DNA of 64,000 bases from Octopus vulgaris (taxonomy: Eukaryota): positions 8,370,001 to 8,434,000 of the forward strand of contig OX597826.1 in assembly GCA_951406725.2 (NCBI GenBank). Direction: 5' to 3'. Both the position numbers and the translations under genes were made by a program. Shown piece after piece: positions 1 through 12,641 of this stretch; the first letter of the stretch is position 1, and each line of letters starts with the position of its first letter. The notes below the pieces were generated by a model, which was not told where the DNA came from, made no database searches, and worked only from the letters and a program-made list of their open reading frames with translations.

Positions 1-84
1 TATTCTACTTTATTTTATTTTTGAACGTTTTGCTCCGTTATTTTCTTTCATCTGTCTCCAGAAAAGTGGCAAACTCATCCGTGT

Positions 85-609
85 CCCTTTCTTCATCACC
101 ATCATCGTCATCATCATCGTCATCGTCTTAGTCATAGCCATCGTTATCGTCATAATATTCTTCTTCTTCATCATCTTCTTCTTCTTCTTCTTCTTCTTCT
201 TCTTCTTCTTCTTCTTCTTCTTCTTCTTCTTCTTTTTCTTCTTCTTCTTCTTCTTCTTTTTCTTCCTCCTCCTCATCATCATCATCTTCATCATCATCTT
301 CATCTTCGTCTTCTTCATCACCTTCTTCTTCTTCTTCTTCTTCTTCTTCTTCTTCGTCTTCATCTTCTTCTTCTTCTCCTTCTTCTTAACCTGGTTCCTT
401 CTCCTCCTCCCCCTCCTCCATTTTTTTGCCTCGTTCCTTTTCTTCAGCATCATCAGCATAGTCATTTCCTCCATCCTCTTTCGTCGTCGACGTCGTTGTA
501 AATGAAGTCTTTGTCATCAGCATCATAATCATCATCATCATCATCATCATCACCAACTCAGTGCTTCCCCTCTTCCTGCTTATGTTCCTTCGCCTCATCA
601 TCTCGTCAC

Positions 610-668
<59 letters not shown>

Positions 669-705
669 ACATCATCGCCATCACCCTCAGCAGCAGCAGC
701 AGAAG
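85..705. repeat. Compound (CTT)n/(CAT)n trinucleotide microsatellite, pyrimidine-rich on +
   Basis: Direct inspection; source of the poly-K/D/S ORFs. Confidence 0.95.
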
Positions 706-951
706 AAGGTTTTTCGCAGTTTTTCTCTTCCTGTCTCAAATTTGTTATGTATATCGCCGGATCTTGAAAAAGTTCTATATGCGTGTAGAGGAATGTATCA
801 TATACACATACATACACATACACACACACATACACACACACACATACACACACACATATATATATATGTATATCTGCTTGTATGTATGTGTGTAAAATAC
901 AATCCTCAACACATATACGACGTTATATATATATGCATATATATATATATC

Positions 952-996
<45 letters not shown>

Positions 997-1068
997 AAAG
1001 GGCTTAGTAAAATAAATTACTTAGTAAAATAAATTACATTATATAAAAGGGCTTAGCAGAAATTCTTC

Positions 1069-1121
<53 letters not shown>

Positions 1122-1358
1122 GTACATACATATACATGTAAATATATATATATACACACATTCATACGTACATATATGTATCTATACGTGTGTGTTTGTG
1201 TATATATGCATTCGTTCCATTTTCTTCTTACTTTTCTTTCACCTTAATCTTAAACTATCAATCTTCACCACAGTTTCCCATAATCCCTTCGTGTCTCTCA
1301 AACCCACATTTTCCTCTTGGAATCCTCTATTTTTTTTAGTTAGAGACTGGTTTCGTAA

Positions 1359-1405
<47 letters not shown>

Positions 1406-3613
1406 ATCTCTCTCTCTGTCTGTCTCTCTCTCGCTCTCGCTCTCTCTCTTTTTCTGTTAGTCCATCATTCTTTCCATCCAATCCTGTTACACCATTTTCT
1501 CTCATTCACTCTCTCTTTCCAATTCTGTCCTTCTCCCACACTATCTCTCTCCCCGTCTCTCTGTCTCTCACACTATCACTCTCCGGCTCCTTTCTCTCAA
1601 ACACTTAATATATGTTGTTTACAATTACCCCAGATGCTTTCAGTTTCATTATTTTCTTTCTATAATTCCTCTCTCACTTGAAAATTCCCTTTCACACTTT
1701 CCTTCTTTATTCTGCTTTCTAAGTTTTCTTAGCTTGATCGTTTCAAATCTCTCTCTATTTTTTGCATATGTGTGTGTGTGTGTGTGTGTGTTTGTGTGTG
1801 TATGTATCAATAAATAAATGTGTGCGCATGTGTGTGCATGTTTGCGCGTGTATTTGTGTGTATGTATGTATATATGTATACAAACACAAACATACATGTC
1901 TCTCTTTCACTCTTTCCCTGTCTCTGTCTCTGTCTCCCTCTTTCTCTCTCTCTCTCTCCATCTCTCTTTATATATATATGTATATCCATACATACATATA
2001 TATGTGTGTGTGGGTGTGCGTGCGTGTGTATGTGTGTGTGTGTGTGTGTGCATGTCGTGTATTTCCTCGTCTCCGCATTCTCTCTCTTCCTCTCTTCCTC
2101 CCTCTCTTTCTCTCTCTTTCGTTCACCCGCTCTCTATTTCTCTCTCACTCTCTACCCCTCTTCCTGTCTATATTCCACCTCCCCCTTCTCCTCATATCTC
2201 TTCTTACTGTTCTCCACTCAAGAACTTTCTGCTTCTTTCCGCCATTTCCTTCAAACACTTACTCTCTCCACATTTACTCTTCCTCTCCAAATTACACTTC
2301 CTCTAATCATTTAACTCAATCAACCTGTCACTCAATATGTCTGTATGTATATGAGTGTTTGTGTGTTTCTTTAATGTCTCACTCGTCTCTACAATGCCAT
2401 CTATTTTCAGAAATGGTGGGAGAGAATTAGATTGTGCTGGGTGGTAAGAAAGACGAAGTATAGGGATAGAAAAAGAAAAAAAACGGAGGGAAATAGTGAG
2501 GGTAATAAGAAAGTGGAATAAAGATGAGCAGGGTAAGATGAAAAATTCACGGTGTGTGATAGTGTGTGCATGAGAAGAAAAGAGGGAGACATAGAGAAAA
2601 GGGACAGAGCTATTGACGGAAGTGACGTGTCTGCAAACATCTATATGTGTATGTGTATACACGTATGTATATATATATATACATATATATATAGAGAGAG
2701 AGAGGGAGAGGGAGAGACATATACACACATACATATATATTTTTATGCATATATATATATATATATATACACATACATACATATACATATATATAGATAG
2801 AGAGAGAGATAGAGAGAAGAAAGAGAGAGAGTTGTCTGTCTTAATATTTCCATAGAACTATCTATTTATCTAACAAGCTACCTATCAATCAATCTATCCA
2901 TTTACACATCTTCCTTCTTGCCTTTTTTCTTTCTCTCCCTCTCTAATATTTGTATATACTTGCGTATATAGGTGTATGTATATAGATATATGTGTATATA
3001 TGTATGTATGTATGTACTGAGGCATGCATTTAAGTATGTAAGCATGCATGCATGCATGGATGCCTGTATGTAAATATGCATGTTTGTGTGTGTGTTTGTG
3101 TGTGTGTGTGTATGTGTGTGTGTGTATTTGTGTGTGTGTGTATTTATGTATATTCCCGCCATTCCCATGTTGGCAGACGACACACCGTTATTACCAACAC
3201 ATCATTTTTCGATTATTTACTACCGAAAATGCTAAATCGATTCACTCAGACTGTCACCTCAATAGATTGAGATATGTGAAATGAAGAAACGAAAAAGGAA
3301 AAAGAAAACGATATAAATATATTACAGGAATAAGGGAAGGGAATGAAAAATGATGAAAAAAAAAACATCAAAAGAATGAAGTGTAAGGGGATATAGGAGA
3401 TGAGGAAAACAGAAAAATGGTGGCTGTTAGTGAGACATGGTTGGTAAAAAAGTTAAAATGTGAAAGAGAGTAAGAAATTGCATGAAATAAATATACAAAT
3501 TTTGAATGAAATTAAGGAAGGAAAATATATGAAGAAAATGAAGGAAATAAAGAAATGAATATAACAAGATCGAAAATTGTATGGTATGGTGTCGTGAGGA
3601 AGAAAGTGTGAAA

Positions 3614-3666
<53 letters not shown>

Positions 3667-3842
3667 CAAGGAGGGCGTAAATGCAAGAAGGAAGAACAAA
3701 GATTGAGAATGAACGAAAGGGGGGATTAAATTAAGGAAAATGATAGAAAATGAAAGAAAAGTATGAAAGAAAAAAGAAACAAAGTAAGAATAAGAGAAAG
3801 AAAGAAGGACAGATGTTAGTAATAACAGGAAACTGATAGATC

Positions 3843-3900
<58 letters not shown>

Positions 3901-3940
3901 TGGATAGATAGATAGATAGATGATAGACAGATAGACAGAC

Positions 3941-4028
<88 letters not shown>

Positions 4029-4944
4029 GTTAAGGATGAAAGACCGAAACTAAGTGTTGAAATGCGTGTGAAAGAAAGGGCAATGAACGTGATAACGGGG
4101 AAGAGGAGAAGGAAAAAGAAAGAAGGATAAAAGAAGCATAATTGGAAAAAGTGAGAAGATGAGGATTGACATGAAGGGGATGGCTTGGGGGTGGGGGATG
4201 AAGATTGACGATAAATAAAGGAGTACCAAGGAGTATTGATAGGGAGAATTTTGACGTTATAATAAAGAGAGAGGCAAAATAGGGGTGTGATACTGGGGGG
4301 GAGGAGTAAGAGGTGACTTGATAGAGGAATATATTGGTCGGGAGAGAAGAATGGATGGGATCTGCATATTAATAAAAGAAAAATGGGGTTATGAAAAGAT
4401 GAAGAAAAAAAGATATTGAAAAAATAAAGTGAGGTGGTAATCCCGTTAGACGCTTTGGGCAGTGGAAGATAGCAAATAGGGGAAAGATGGTGAGATGGAA
4501 GGGGAGAGAGAGAGAGAGAGGGCAAGGGAGAGAGAGAGAGGAAGAAATGGGAAAGAGGGGAAAGAAATTGAAGGGACGATAAAGAAATAAATGGAATTAG
4601 GAGGAAGCAGATTGAATATTTAAAATAGACAGATTTTATTGACTAGAGGAGAATACAGATGTCTGTTTTTTCTTTTCTTTTTTTGTCTTTTCTATTTGTT
4701 GCTGATGTTGTTGTTGTTGTTGTTGATGCAGTAGTGGTGGTACTGGTGGTACTGGCGGTAGTTGAGCGTGGTGGAAGAACGGCGGGAGCGGATAGTAGAA
4801 GTGTAAGATGGTTAGAGAGAGGGGGACGACTGAAATAAATTACTTGTATTGAGTAAGAGTAAGAGATATAAGGGGAGACAGAGAGAGGGGGCGATAGCAC
4901 GCTTTAGAGTATATGCATGGAAGAGGGAGTGAAAGAATTTTGTT

Positions 4945-4977
<33 letters not shown>

Positions 4978-5547
4978 AATGTATAAGCAAAAGAGGGTGG
5001 ATGCGAGAGGGAGAGAGAGAAAGTAAATGTGTTGTAACGAGAAATAGAAAAAAAGAGAAAGCTATAAGAGAAGAAACCTATGAAATCCGGGTAGACGGAT
5101 GAAGGAGGTGTTAATGAACAGGAAAAACGAAAATATAATTAAAAAATAAGGTGGGGGAGGCCCAAAGTTTCAGCAGAGTTAAAGAGAAGGGTGAACGGAC
5201 AGATGGATAGTCAGGTGACCAAGTAGTTAAAATGGCGGAGACATGTATTCAGTTGTATAGAAAGCGATTCATTCATATGTTGAGGATGTTGTCTAAATTC
5301 CAATGAACGAACCCTGTTTTTTAATTGAAGACTGCTTCTTTATTTATTCTTTGCTGCAGAAATGTAAAGAACGAAAACAGAGCAGCGAAAATACATGCAT
5401 AAAATACATCAAAATTACAAGCACGAAGGGTTATCATGCGATCGATATGACAGGGTGCCTGTTTATTCTGTGGTTCAAATCCTAACACCAGCTAAGTTAT
5501 AGCCTTTCAAGAAAATACTTGTTGATATCGGTTTCAAAATTTAGTAC

Positions 5548-5690
5548 AAGTGTAAGAGGAAAGTCGATTAGATAAACCCAGGTGATCAACAGGTACTCAT
5601 TTTATCGATCTCGAAAAGATGAATCGCAAAGTGATCTTCGGCGTCATTTGAACTCAGAACGCAAAGACGAACGTATTGCTGCTCTAGCAC
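5548..5690 (-). mobile_element. Degenerate tRNA-derived SINE, family B (Meta/MESC-core-like)
   Basis: Similar to the reverse complement of 37868-38095 (atcgatctcgaaaagatgaa..caaag..ttcggcg..atttgaactcagaacg). Confidence 0.7.
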
Positions 5691-6104
5691 CTGTTGATAT
5701 TAGATCTTGATCTGTACTCTGAACATCAAGAATTAGTACTGTGGTATATATATATTAATTCCTAATACTTTGCAGCAGATTCGATCATGAATATGCTAAT
5801 CGCTGATGTATTTCGTGATCGAAGAACAATGCCTTTCAGACGTCTGTGTGTTCATAGACTCACTCGGTTCATTAGGATAAAGGGACTTTGGACAACCGGT
5901 GTTTCGACGTTGTAACGGTTCCTCAGTCACAGCTACTTCATTTTAATGAGACAAACATGCGTTGCTGGCTCCCGTTTATATATTCAGCAAAGAAAATTAT
6001 TTGTGGATGCGTGATGATCTGGCAACCATTAATAATTCAGCATGTACACAGCGAAAGGAAATCAGAACGATGATATATATTTATATATATATACATATAT
6101 ATAT

Positions 6105-6230
<126 letters not shown>

Positions 6231-6782
6231 TGTGAGTGTGTGCGTGTGTGTGTATGTATATATATTCACTCTCAATAACTTGTGAAATATATATATATTC
6301 ATTCCCTTTCCAAACAAATATTTGTTGATGTTGTTTTAGCTTATATTCAGGCAATCCGTGTCACGAAACACAAATCTATAATCAAATACATTCAATCGGT
6401 AATCGTCTGCTTATAAGATGTAATATATCCAGTCTTATATTATCATTGAGCCTTGTATTTGATAAAAGGCGCTTCTTTCCCGAAATATTTTTGAACCAGC
6501 AAACCATATATATATAATTATGCAATATATTTTCTCTTTGTTCTGCTTTATTTACATTCATTTACACCTTTTCCCTAACTTCTTACCTGCACGACCCAAA
6601 AGATATTTTTTCCTCTTTCCAAATATCTATTAAGTTTATATACTTTACAATAATTCAAGCAAGTCATAATACGCTTTCTCCCCATCAATGTCATTTACCT
6701 TTTACTGGTTTCAGCACAGGGCTGAGCTCATGCTGGAGCACCACCTGTATTTTCCTCCTCCGTTTTCGAGAGTAGAGTATTT

Positions 6783-6783
6783 T

Positions 6784-6834
<51 letters not shown>

Positions 6835-6847
6835 CAACAGCAGCACC

Positions 6848-6946
<99 letters not shown>

Positions 6947-7120
6947 TCAGCAGCAGCAGTAGTAGTAGGAGGAGGAGCAGGAGCAGGAGGAGCAGGAGGA
7001 GGAGCAGGAGGAGGAGCAGGAGGAGGAGCAGGAGGAGGAGCAGGAGGAGGAGCAGGAGGAGGCGCAGGAGGAGGAGGAGTGGTGGTGGTGGTGATGGTGG
7101 TCGTCGTCGTCATCATCGAC
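6783..7120. repeat. Compound (AGT)n/(GCA)n/(GGAGGAGGAGCA)n repeat
   Basis: Direct inspection. Confidence 0.95.
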
Positions 7121-7496
7121 GTCTGGATGATGGTAGTGATGGCGGTTCTTACTGATTGGGCAAACATCTGGAGAAAAAACATCCTAACAGGGTTCATCCC
7201 GTATTTTAGGGGTATGGTGGTGTAAATTTTATAATGTATACTTCACTTTCTCTCAGATAATAGCTTGTAATTTGAATATAGTTCAAACTGTTATTTCTCG
7301 TACGACGACTGATGAATAATATGTCCTTGGCTGGGTCGAATCTCAAATATAAAATAAAAAGGGAGGGATTTTGTGAAGCTCAAAGAAATCTAAGAAGTAC
7401 ATGTAGTAGTAAATACAGTGTGTCCACAAAATCTTTAGTCGATTTCAAGTCATTAGGAAAATCTTATAAAAGGCGGCAATTGAACATTTTTTTGCA

Positions 7497-7890
7497 TACT
7501 CTTTTACTTGTTTCAGTCATTTGACTGCGGCCATGCTGGAGCACCGCCTTTAGTCGAGCAAATCGACCCCCAGGACTTATTCTTTGTAAGCCTACTACTT
7601 ATTCTCTTTTGCCGAACCGCTAAGTTACGGGGACGTAAACATAGCAGTATCGGTTGTCCAGCGATGTTGGGGACACAAATATAGACACATAAACACATAC
7701 ACACATATATATTTACATATACATATATATGACGAGCTTCTTTCGGTTTCCCTCTACCAAATCCACTCACAGAGCTTTGGTCGGCACGTGGCTATAGTAG
7801 AACACAATTGCCCAAGGTGCCACGCAGTGATACTGAACCCGAAACCATGTGGTTGGTAAGCAGACTACCTACCACACAGCCACTCCTACG
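7497..7890 (-). mobile_element. tRNA-derived CORE-type SINE, family A (octopus OR2-like), near full length
   Basis: Minus strand reads ggagtggctgtgtggt (A box)..gggttcagtatc (B box)..ccttgggcaa (CORE-like)..internal TA/TG tract..tgactgaaacaagtaaaagag tail; more than 10 copies in the window. Confidence 0.9.
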
Positions 7891-7895
7891 ACTAT

Positions 7896-8003
7896 TGAAA
7901 GGAAGAATCGACCTCAGCCGAATTTGAACTCAGAACGTAAAGACGGACGAAATGCCGTCATTCATTTTATCCCGACGCGCTAACGATTCAGCCAGGTCGC
8001 GGC
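7896..8003 (-). mobile_element. SINE family B, 5' fragment
   Basis: tcgacctcagccgaatttgaactcagaacgtaaagacggacgaaat matches 38935-38980 and 39118-39200. Confidence 0.8.
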
Positions 8004-8354
8004 ATGGTAATATGTTATTATTGAATTCTTTTTTAATGATACTAATAGCTTTATCGATGTTAAGTTATCCAATTTCCGTTGTAATGCTTCTATTTGTCTG
8101 ATGGCTGTGAACACTCTGTATTGTAAACGCGTATGAGTATGAGAGGGGTAAGAAGTATGAATAAGAATTTACGTAAACACGACTGAGATATGGAGTATAT
8201 ATATATATATATAGTAGGTGAATGAATTATCCTAGTATGGATAATTCGATTAATCGATACCTGGGTAGCAAATTCACCTCAGGAAACACGGTTGAATCTA
8301 CATGCCAAGGGCAAAACCCCGTGTTCCTGTGTGGAAATTTGTGTGTTTTTTTTT

Positions 8355-8404
8355 TATATGAATAAATGAAAAGAATGGAGTCGAACGAAGATTCTTTTCA
8401 TTTA

Positions 8405-8412
<8 letters not shown>
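8355..8412. repeat. Perfect 22-bp inverted repeat with 14-nt loop
   Basis: tatatgaataaatgaaaagaat / attcttttcatttattcatata. Confidence 0.9.
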
Positions 8413-8474
<62 letters not shown>

Positions 8475-8478
8475 AGTG

Positions 8479-8524
8479 ATAGGGTGAAAAATAATTAATT
8501 TAAATTAATTATCTTTCACCCTAT
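8479..8524. repeat. 46-bp near-perfect palindrome
   Basis: atagggtgaaaaataattaattt|aaattaattatctttcaccctat, one mismatch, no loop. Confidence 0.9.
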
Positions 8525-8745
8525 ATCGGTAATGATTATTCCACTCCCCTACGACAAAACTACGAATCTTTTTTCGGCAGTACAATTTTGTAACTCACAT
8601 GGTGGTAGAATTTTAGAGGGAAGTACGAATTCACTCGTCTATATAAATGTGGATATGCTGATTAACTTTTCTATGTTCCGATGACGTTTGGTCGTAAATA
8701 TAAGGAGTAAGTTCTCCTGGCATTTCTAGATTTATTTATCGGAAT

Positions 8746-8804
8746 ATTATATTGATGAAGGAAATGAATCTTATGATTCTAATCAAGAAACGTATGTCCA
8801 TAAT
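8746..8804 (+). ncRNA. Degenerate type I hammerhead-like motif
   Basis: attat-a-TTGATGA-A-..gaatc ttat gattc..-GAAAC-GTAT-GTC^-c-ataat; C3 and the first stem I pair are mutated. Confidence 0.5.
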
Positions 8805-9011
8805 TAACCGAAGACTGTTTGATTTCATTGTTTTTCGTCTTTTTTTGCCATATGTGAGTTGCAAGTATTGTTGTCTGGGGAGACATATTTTTGTAGAAAA
8901 AGGAAATAGTAGTCCTTTGGCTGCTATTTCTAAATTTTTTCGGTATGTGATCAAGCAACTTGTTGCTAAACCCAACCCTTATTGTTATATATATATATAT
9001 ATATATATATA

Positions 9012-9316
9012 CTAGCAGTATCGCCCGGCGTTGCTCGGGTTTGTAAGGGAAATAACTGTATAAGCATTTTTAGAGAGTTACTTCCCTTATATAAACCGAG
9101 CAAAAAATGCATTAAAAATGCGGAAAAATGATGCTAAGTTTTTTTTTAAATCGTAGACTCATCGTAGACGCGCGCTAATACCCAAAAGGGCTCCATATGA
9201 ATCACAACTATAAGATACCCGCTTTTGGTTAAACTACACCGCAAAATGTGGGAGTAGTTAGGAATCTAAATCGGAGTAGACAGACACACACACAACTTCA
9301 GTTTTATATATAAAGA
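9012..9316 (-). mobile_element. Non-autonomous Helitron (305 bp)
   Basis: Minus strand A|TCTTTATATAT...CCCGAGCAACGCCGGG hairpin (9024-9039)...CTAG|T; no TSD; inserted in (TA)n. Confidence 0.88.
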
Positions 9317-9327
9317 TATATATATAT

Positions 9328-9363
<36 letters not shown>

Positions 9364-9904
9364 GCGTGTGTGTCTCAAAGCGTACGCGTGAGTGGACGGA
9401 ACCGTATGCATTTCAAGCTACAATTGCTATGGGTAGCATGAGATAAATTAGCTTCCGGGCCAAAATCCGCTTCAAACACTTTTACACAGCTTGTTAGTAA
9501 AGAATGTCTATGAGTGTAACTCCATCCTTTTAAAACTCTTTCAACCGTTACAACGTAAAATCATATCGAAAGAAATATAAACACAAAAGTAGGTGTGTGA
9601 ACGTATACGTGCCACGGAAGTTAGAATTAATTGATAAATTAAAATGAGGGACATTCAATATTATGAGTGCCTTAAAAATTTACCCCGTACGGAAATCAAA
9701 CTGGCGGCCATATTGAAACAGCTTTCTTTGAAATGTTGCCTACAGCGGGAAAGAGAAAAATACATAGCAATTAGACAATATACGATTATCAATATAAAGG
9801 TGTATATTATAGTAATCAAATGTTTCGGTAGATATAAGCTCACTCCCTCCATCAGATCGATATTATCTGTAAAGGTGCAACGGGTGGCACGTGTCAGATG
9901 TCGT

Positions 9905-9972
9905 CGAAATGATCTTGAAATGAAGTGCTTTGCCCAAGAACACAACGCAACGCCCGGTCTGGGAATCGAACC
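9905..9972 (-). mobile_element. SINE family C head fragment
   Basis: Minus strand ggttcgattcccagaccgggcgttgcgttgtgttcttgggcaaagcacttc matches 49850-49905. Confidence 0.7.
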
Positions 9973-10232
9973 ATTGCTATTACTGTATCAATAAATAAAA
10001 TAGCAGATACAACTCATTTATTGTCATATAATAAACAAACAGAAGTTCATGTAAGAAATTGACTTTTATCTTCAATTATTACATATTTTTCTCTTATAAA
10101 AACATACACATACAGGAGGAGTAAATTATATATATAATAATACTTTGAATGTGGGTCCCAAGAAACAGTAAAAGTAATTAACCGACCAACGACGAGTAAT
10201 TCTGCTAGTAGGTATATATGTATGTATATATG

Positions 10233-10299
<67 letters not shown>

Positions 10300-10308
10300 G
10301 TATGTATG

Positions 10309-10357
<49 letters not shown>

Positions 10358-10364
10358 GTATATA

Positions 10365-11351
10365 CGATGGGCGTTCAATAAGTAATGCCCCTGACCCACT
10401 TCCCATAGCAGTAGAGCAACGAAACTTGGCACAGTTATTAGTCTTTTCCTACATAGGAACGACCCAGAGTTATGCATTTCTCCCATCGTTTGATACAGCT
10501 CTGGAGACCGTTTCTGTAGAAGACCCCAGCTTGGTCCTCCAACCACGACGTGACTTCAGAAATAAAGTCTGCATCATCTGGGAAACGCTTTCCTCTCAAA
10601 ATCAACTTCATGGCTGGGAAGAGGTGAAAATCAGAGGGTGCAAGGGGAGGAGTTCATAGCTGCACGCCTGTGCTTCTGATCTGGCGACACGCGAGTTGTG
10701 GACCGGAGCGTTGTCCTGCAGGAGGAGGATGCCTTTGCTGATCTTGCCCGCCTCTTGATTTTGATAGCTTCTCTTAATTTCCTCAAAAGTGAAGCATAAT
10801 AGGCTTCTGGAAAGGTGTGAGCAACCTGGAAATCCATCTGGCAGACACCTTTTGCATATGCAAATGGTTATGAATGATAGTTTCCACAGACCCGGTACTA
10901 ATCTTGACCTTATGGGCTATTTTGCGAATAGTTATGCGTTGACCTTCCAAAATGGCAGCCTCAACTTGACGGACAGACGTCTCATCAACGACAGAAGGGG
11001 GCGACCAGATCTGGGAGCTGTTTCCACAGAGTTCCGACTATGTTTTAATTCACAATGCCAGCGTTTTACAAGGTCATATGATGGGGCATCCTCACCATAA
11101 GTTACTTTCATCAAAAGTCTCCCGTGGTGTGCGTCCTTTCAAATACAAAAACCAGATCACTGCTCGACACTCAACAGGCTCCATTTCACACTTGACTCAG
11201 TTCAAACACCTGTAAATCAGAGACCACAATTAGTTCAGAGCTGTAATTCGCTACTTAATCTATAGAGGTATAAATAAGTGCACATGCAAAATTTCAGCTA
11301 GATCAAACAATTGCAAGTGGGTCCGGGGCATTACTCATTGAACGCCCCTCG
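10365..11351 (-). mobile_element. Mariner DNA transposon, internally deleted (987 bp), probably irritans subfamily
   Basis: About 38-bp TIRs CGATGGGCGTTCAATAAGTAATGCCCCTGACCCACTT / reverse complement CGAGGGGCGTTCAATGAGTAATGCCCCGGACCCACTT, TA on both sides, transposase remnants inside. Confidence 0.95.
10438..11184 (-). pseudogene. Mariner transposase pseudogene
   Basis: MEPVECRAVIWFLYLKG..YGEDAPSY..VKRW..APRSGRP..HLHMQKVSARWISRLLTPFQK / [44 protein letters not shown]; frameshifts and deletions. Confidence 0.92.
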
Positions 11352-12112
11352 TATATATATGTATATATATACATATATATATTTCCTATCGAAGTTATAT
11401 CCCAAAAAGTTATATTCCAGTAAAATCATTTTTTATTTGTTTCTTTGTTTGTTCTTGGTGTCTTCTTTCGTATTTCTTCATAAGGCCCTTACCATTTCTT
11501 TGGAAAAGAAAAGTTAATGAGTCCTTTTTATATATTTCTGAAGACACACAGACAACATTCATGAGTCGCAAACAGGATAAACACAGGAGTCGCGTTCAGG
11601 ATAAACACGCGACTGACGATATGTTAATAAAACAGTCAAAATAAGTGCTTGATGGCGTTCAGCCGTAACAGTCAAATAGAGCTACAAAATGAAAAATTAA
11701 AAGTCACCGAACATGGGAGAGGGCATTTCAGAACCCAATGGCGACCACATATCCTGATGACAAGTTTGAGATAATTTAGAAACATTGATAGAAATCACTT
11801 TGCTTCAAACAATCTGCAAAGCTCTCATTCGGAAATGCGGAAAAGAAATCGAATTAAAAAATTATACCAGTACATTATCGGTTCTTTAATATATCAATAA
11901 AGCACTCAGTGTTCAAAGAATTTGGTTTACTATATCCAACAATCAGACACCACTAAATGTAAGTAGAATATACATCCAAGGTAATTCCTCATGTATGACT
12001 AGTATCATTTCGAAGAATTTTGAGAAATTCAGATATATTCAAGAAGAATACATATAGGGAAAATCACATCTGTATTGTAGAATTCACCTTATAAAGCCGA
12101 CAATCTTTCTAT

Positions 12113-12288
12113 ATATAGATATAGAAAATATCATTGATATTAATATTTCCGAAAATATATGTTAACAAAACGTGTTCATGCTGATCCAAAATTAGTTTAA
12201 TTTCATTAATTTTGGATCGTCTTGAAAAGGTTGTATAACATGTATTTTCGGAAATAATAATTTCAATGATATTTACTGTAGCTATATA
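12113..12288. repeat. About 175-bp imperfect palindrome (MITE/fold-back-like)
   Basis: aatatcattga..tatttccgaaaata.atgtta..gatccaaaatta mirrored by taattttggatc..taacat.tattttcggaaata..tcaatgatatt. Confidence 0.85.
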
Positions 12289-12370
12289 TGTTACTGCAAT
12301 AGAAGCAATTGTCGGTTTTATATGGTAAATTCTTCAATAGGGATGTGAAGTTCTCCATACGTATATATAT

Positions 12371-12560
12371 AGGGAGAGTTTACAAAAAAAACAAAAGACG
12401 AAGACAGGTGGTGTACAAAACTAACAGATGTATTAGTATAACGCTCAGGAATAGTAAAAGTCTTTTACGTTTCGAGCCTACGCTCTTCTACAGAAAGGGA
12501 CACAGAAAACAAGAAGAGAATCAAGGAGAGATAAAAATGTGTGTAATGGCTAACGATATA
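12371..12560 (-). mobile_element. Short Penelope-like non-coding element, family H1, with hammerhead-like motif at 12462-12497
   Basis: Homologous to 41492-41680 and 48760-48955; minus strand cttt-CTGTAGA-A-GAGC gtag GCTC-GAAAC-GTA^-aaag; flanked by TA tracts. Confidence 0.75.
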
Positions 12561-12641
12561 TCATATATATATATATGTATTTGTAGGTGTGTGTGTGTGT
12601 ATGTTGTGTGTGTGTGTGTGTGCGTGTGTGTGTGTGTGTGT

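Noticed and set aside
991-1057. TATAAAAGGG TATA-box matches occurring twice
   Set aside because: Part of a small local duplication at the edge of a TA tract, with no promoter context
5229-5238. YY1-like AAAATGGCGG with an ATG
   Set aside because: Single motif; the frame closes after a few codons and nothing else supports it
6691-7197. 168-aa Pro/Thr-rich mucin-like ORF
   Set aside because: Built from trinucleotide repeats and ends in a SINE tail fragment
10141-10176. tacttt...GAAACAGTA-aaagta hammerhead-like 3' half
   Set aside because: The CUGANGA core is absent, so it is not counted
11760-12100. Possible decayed Penelope RT fragment
   Set aside because: No motif recoverable with confidence by eye
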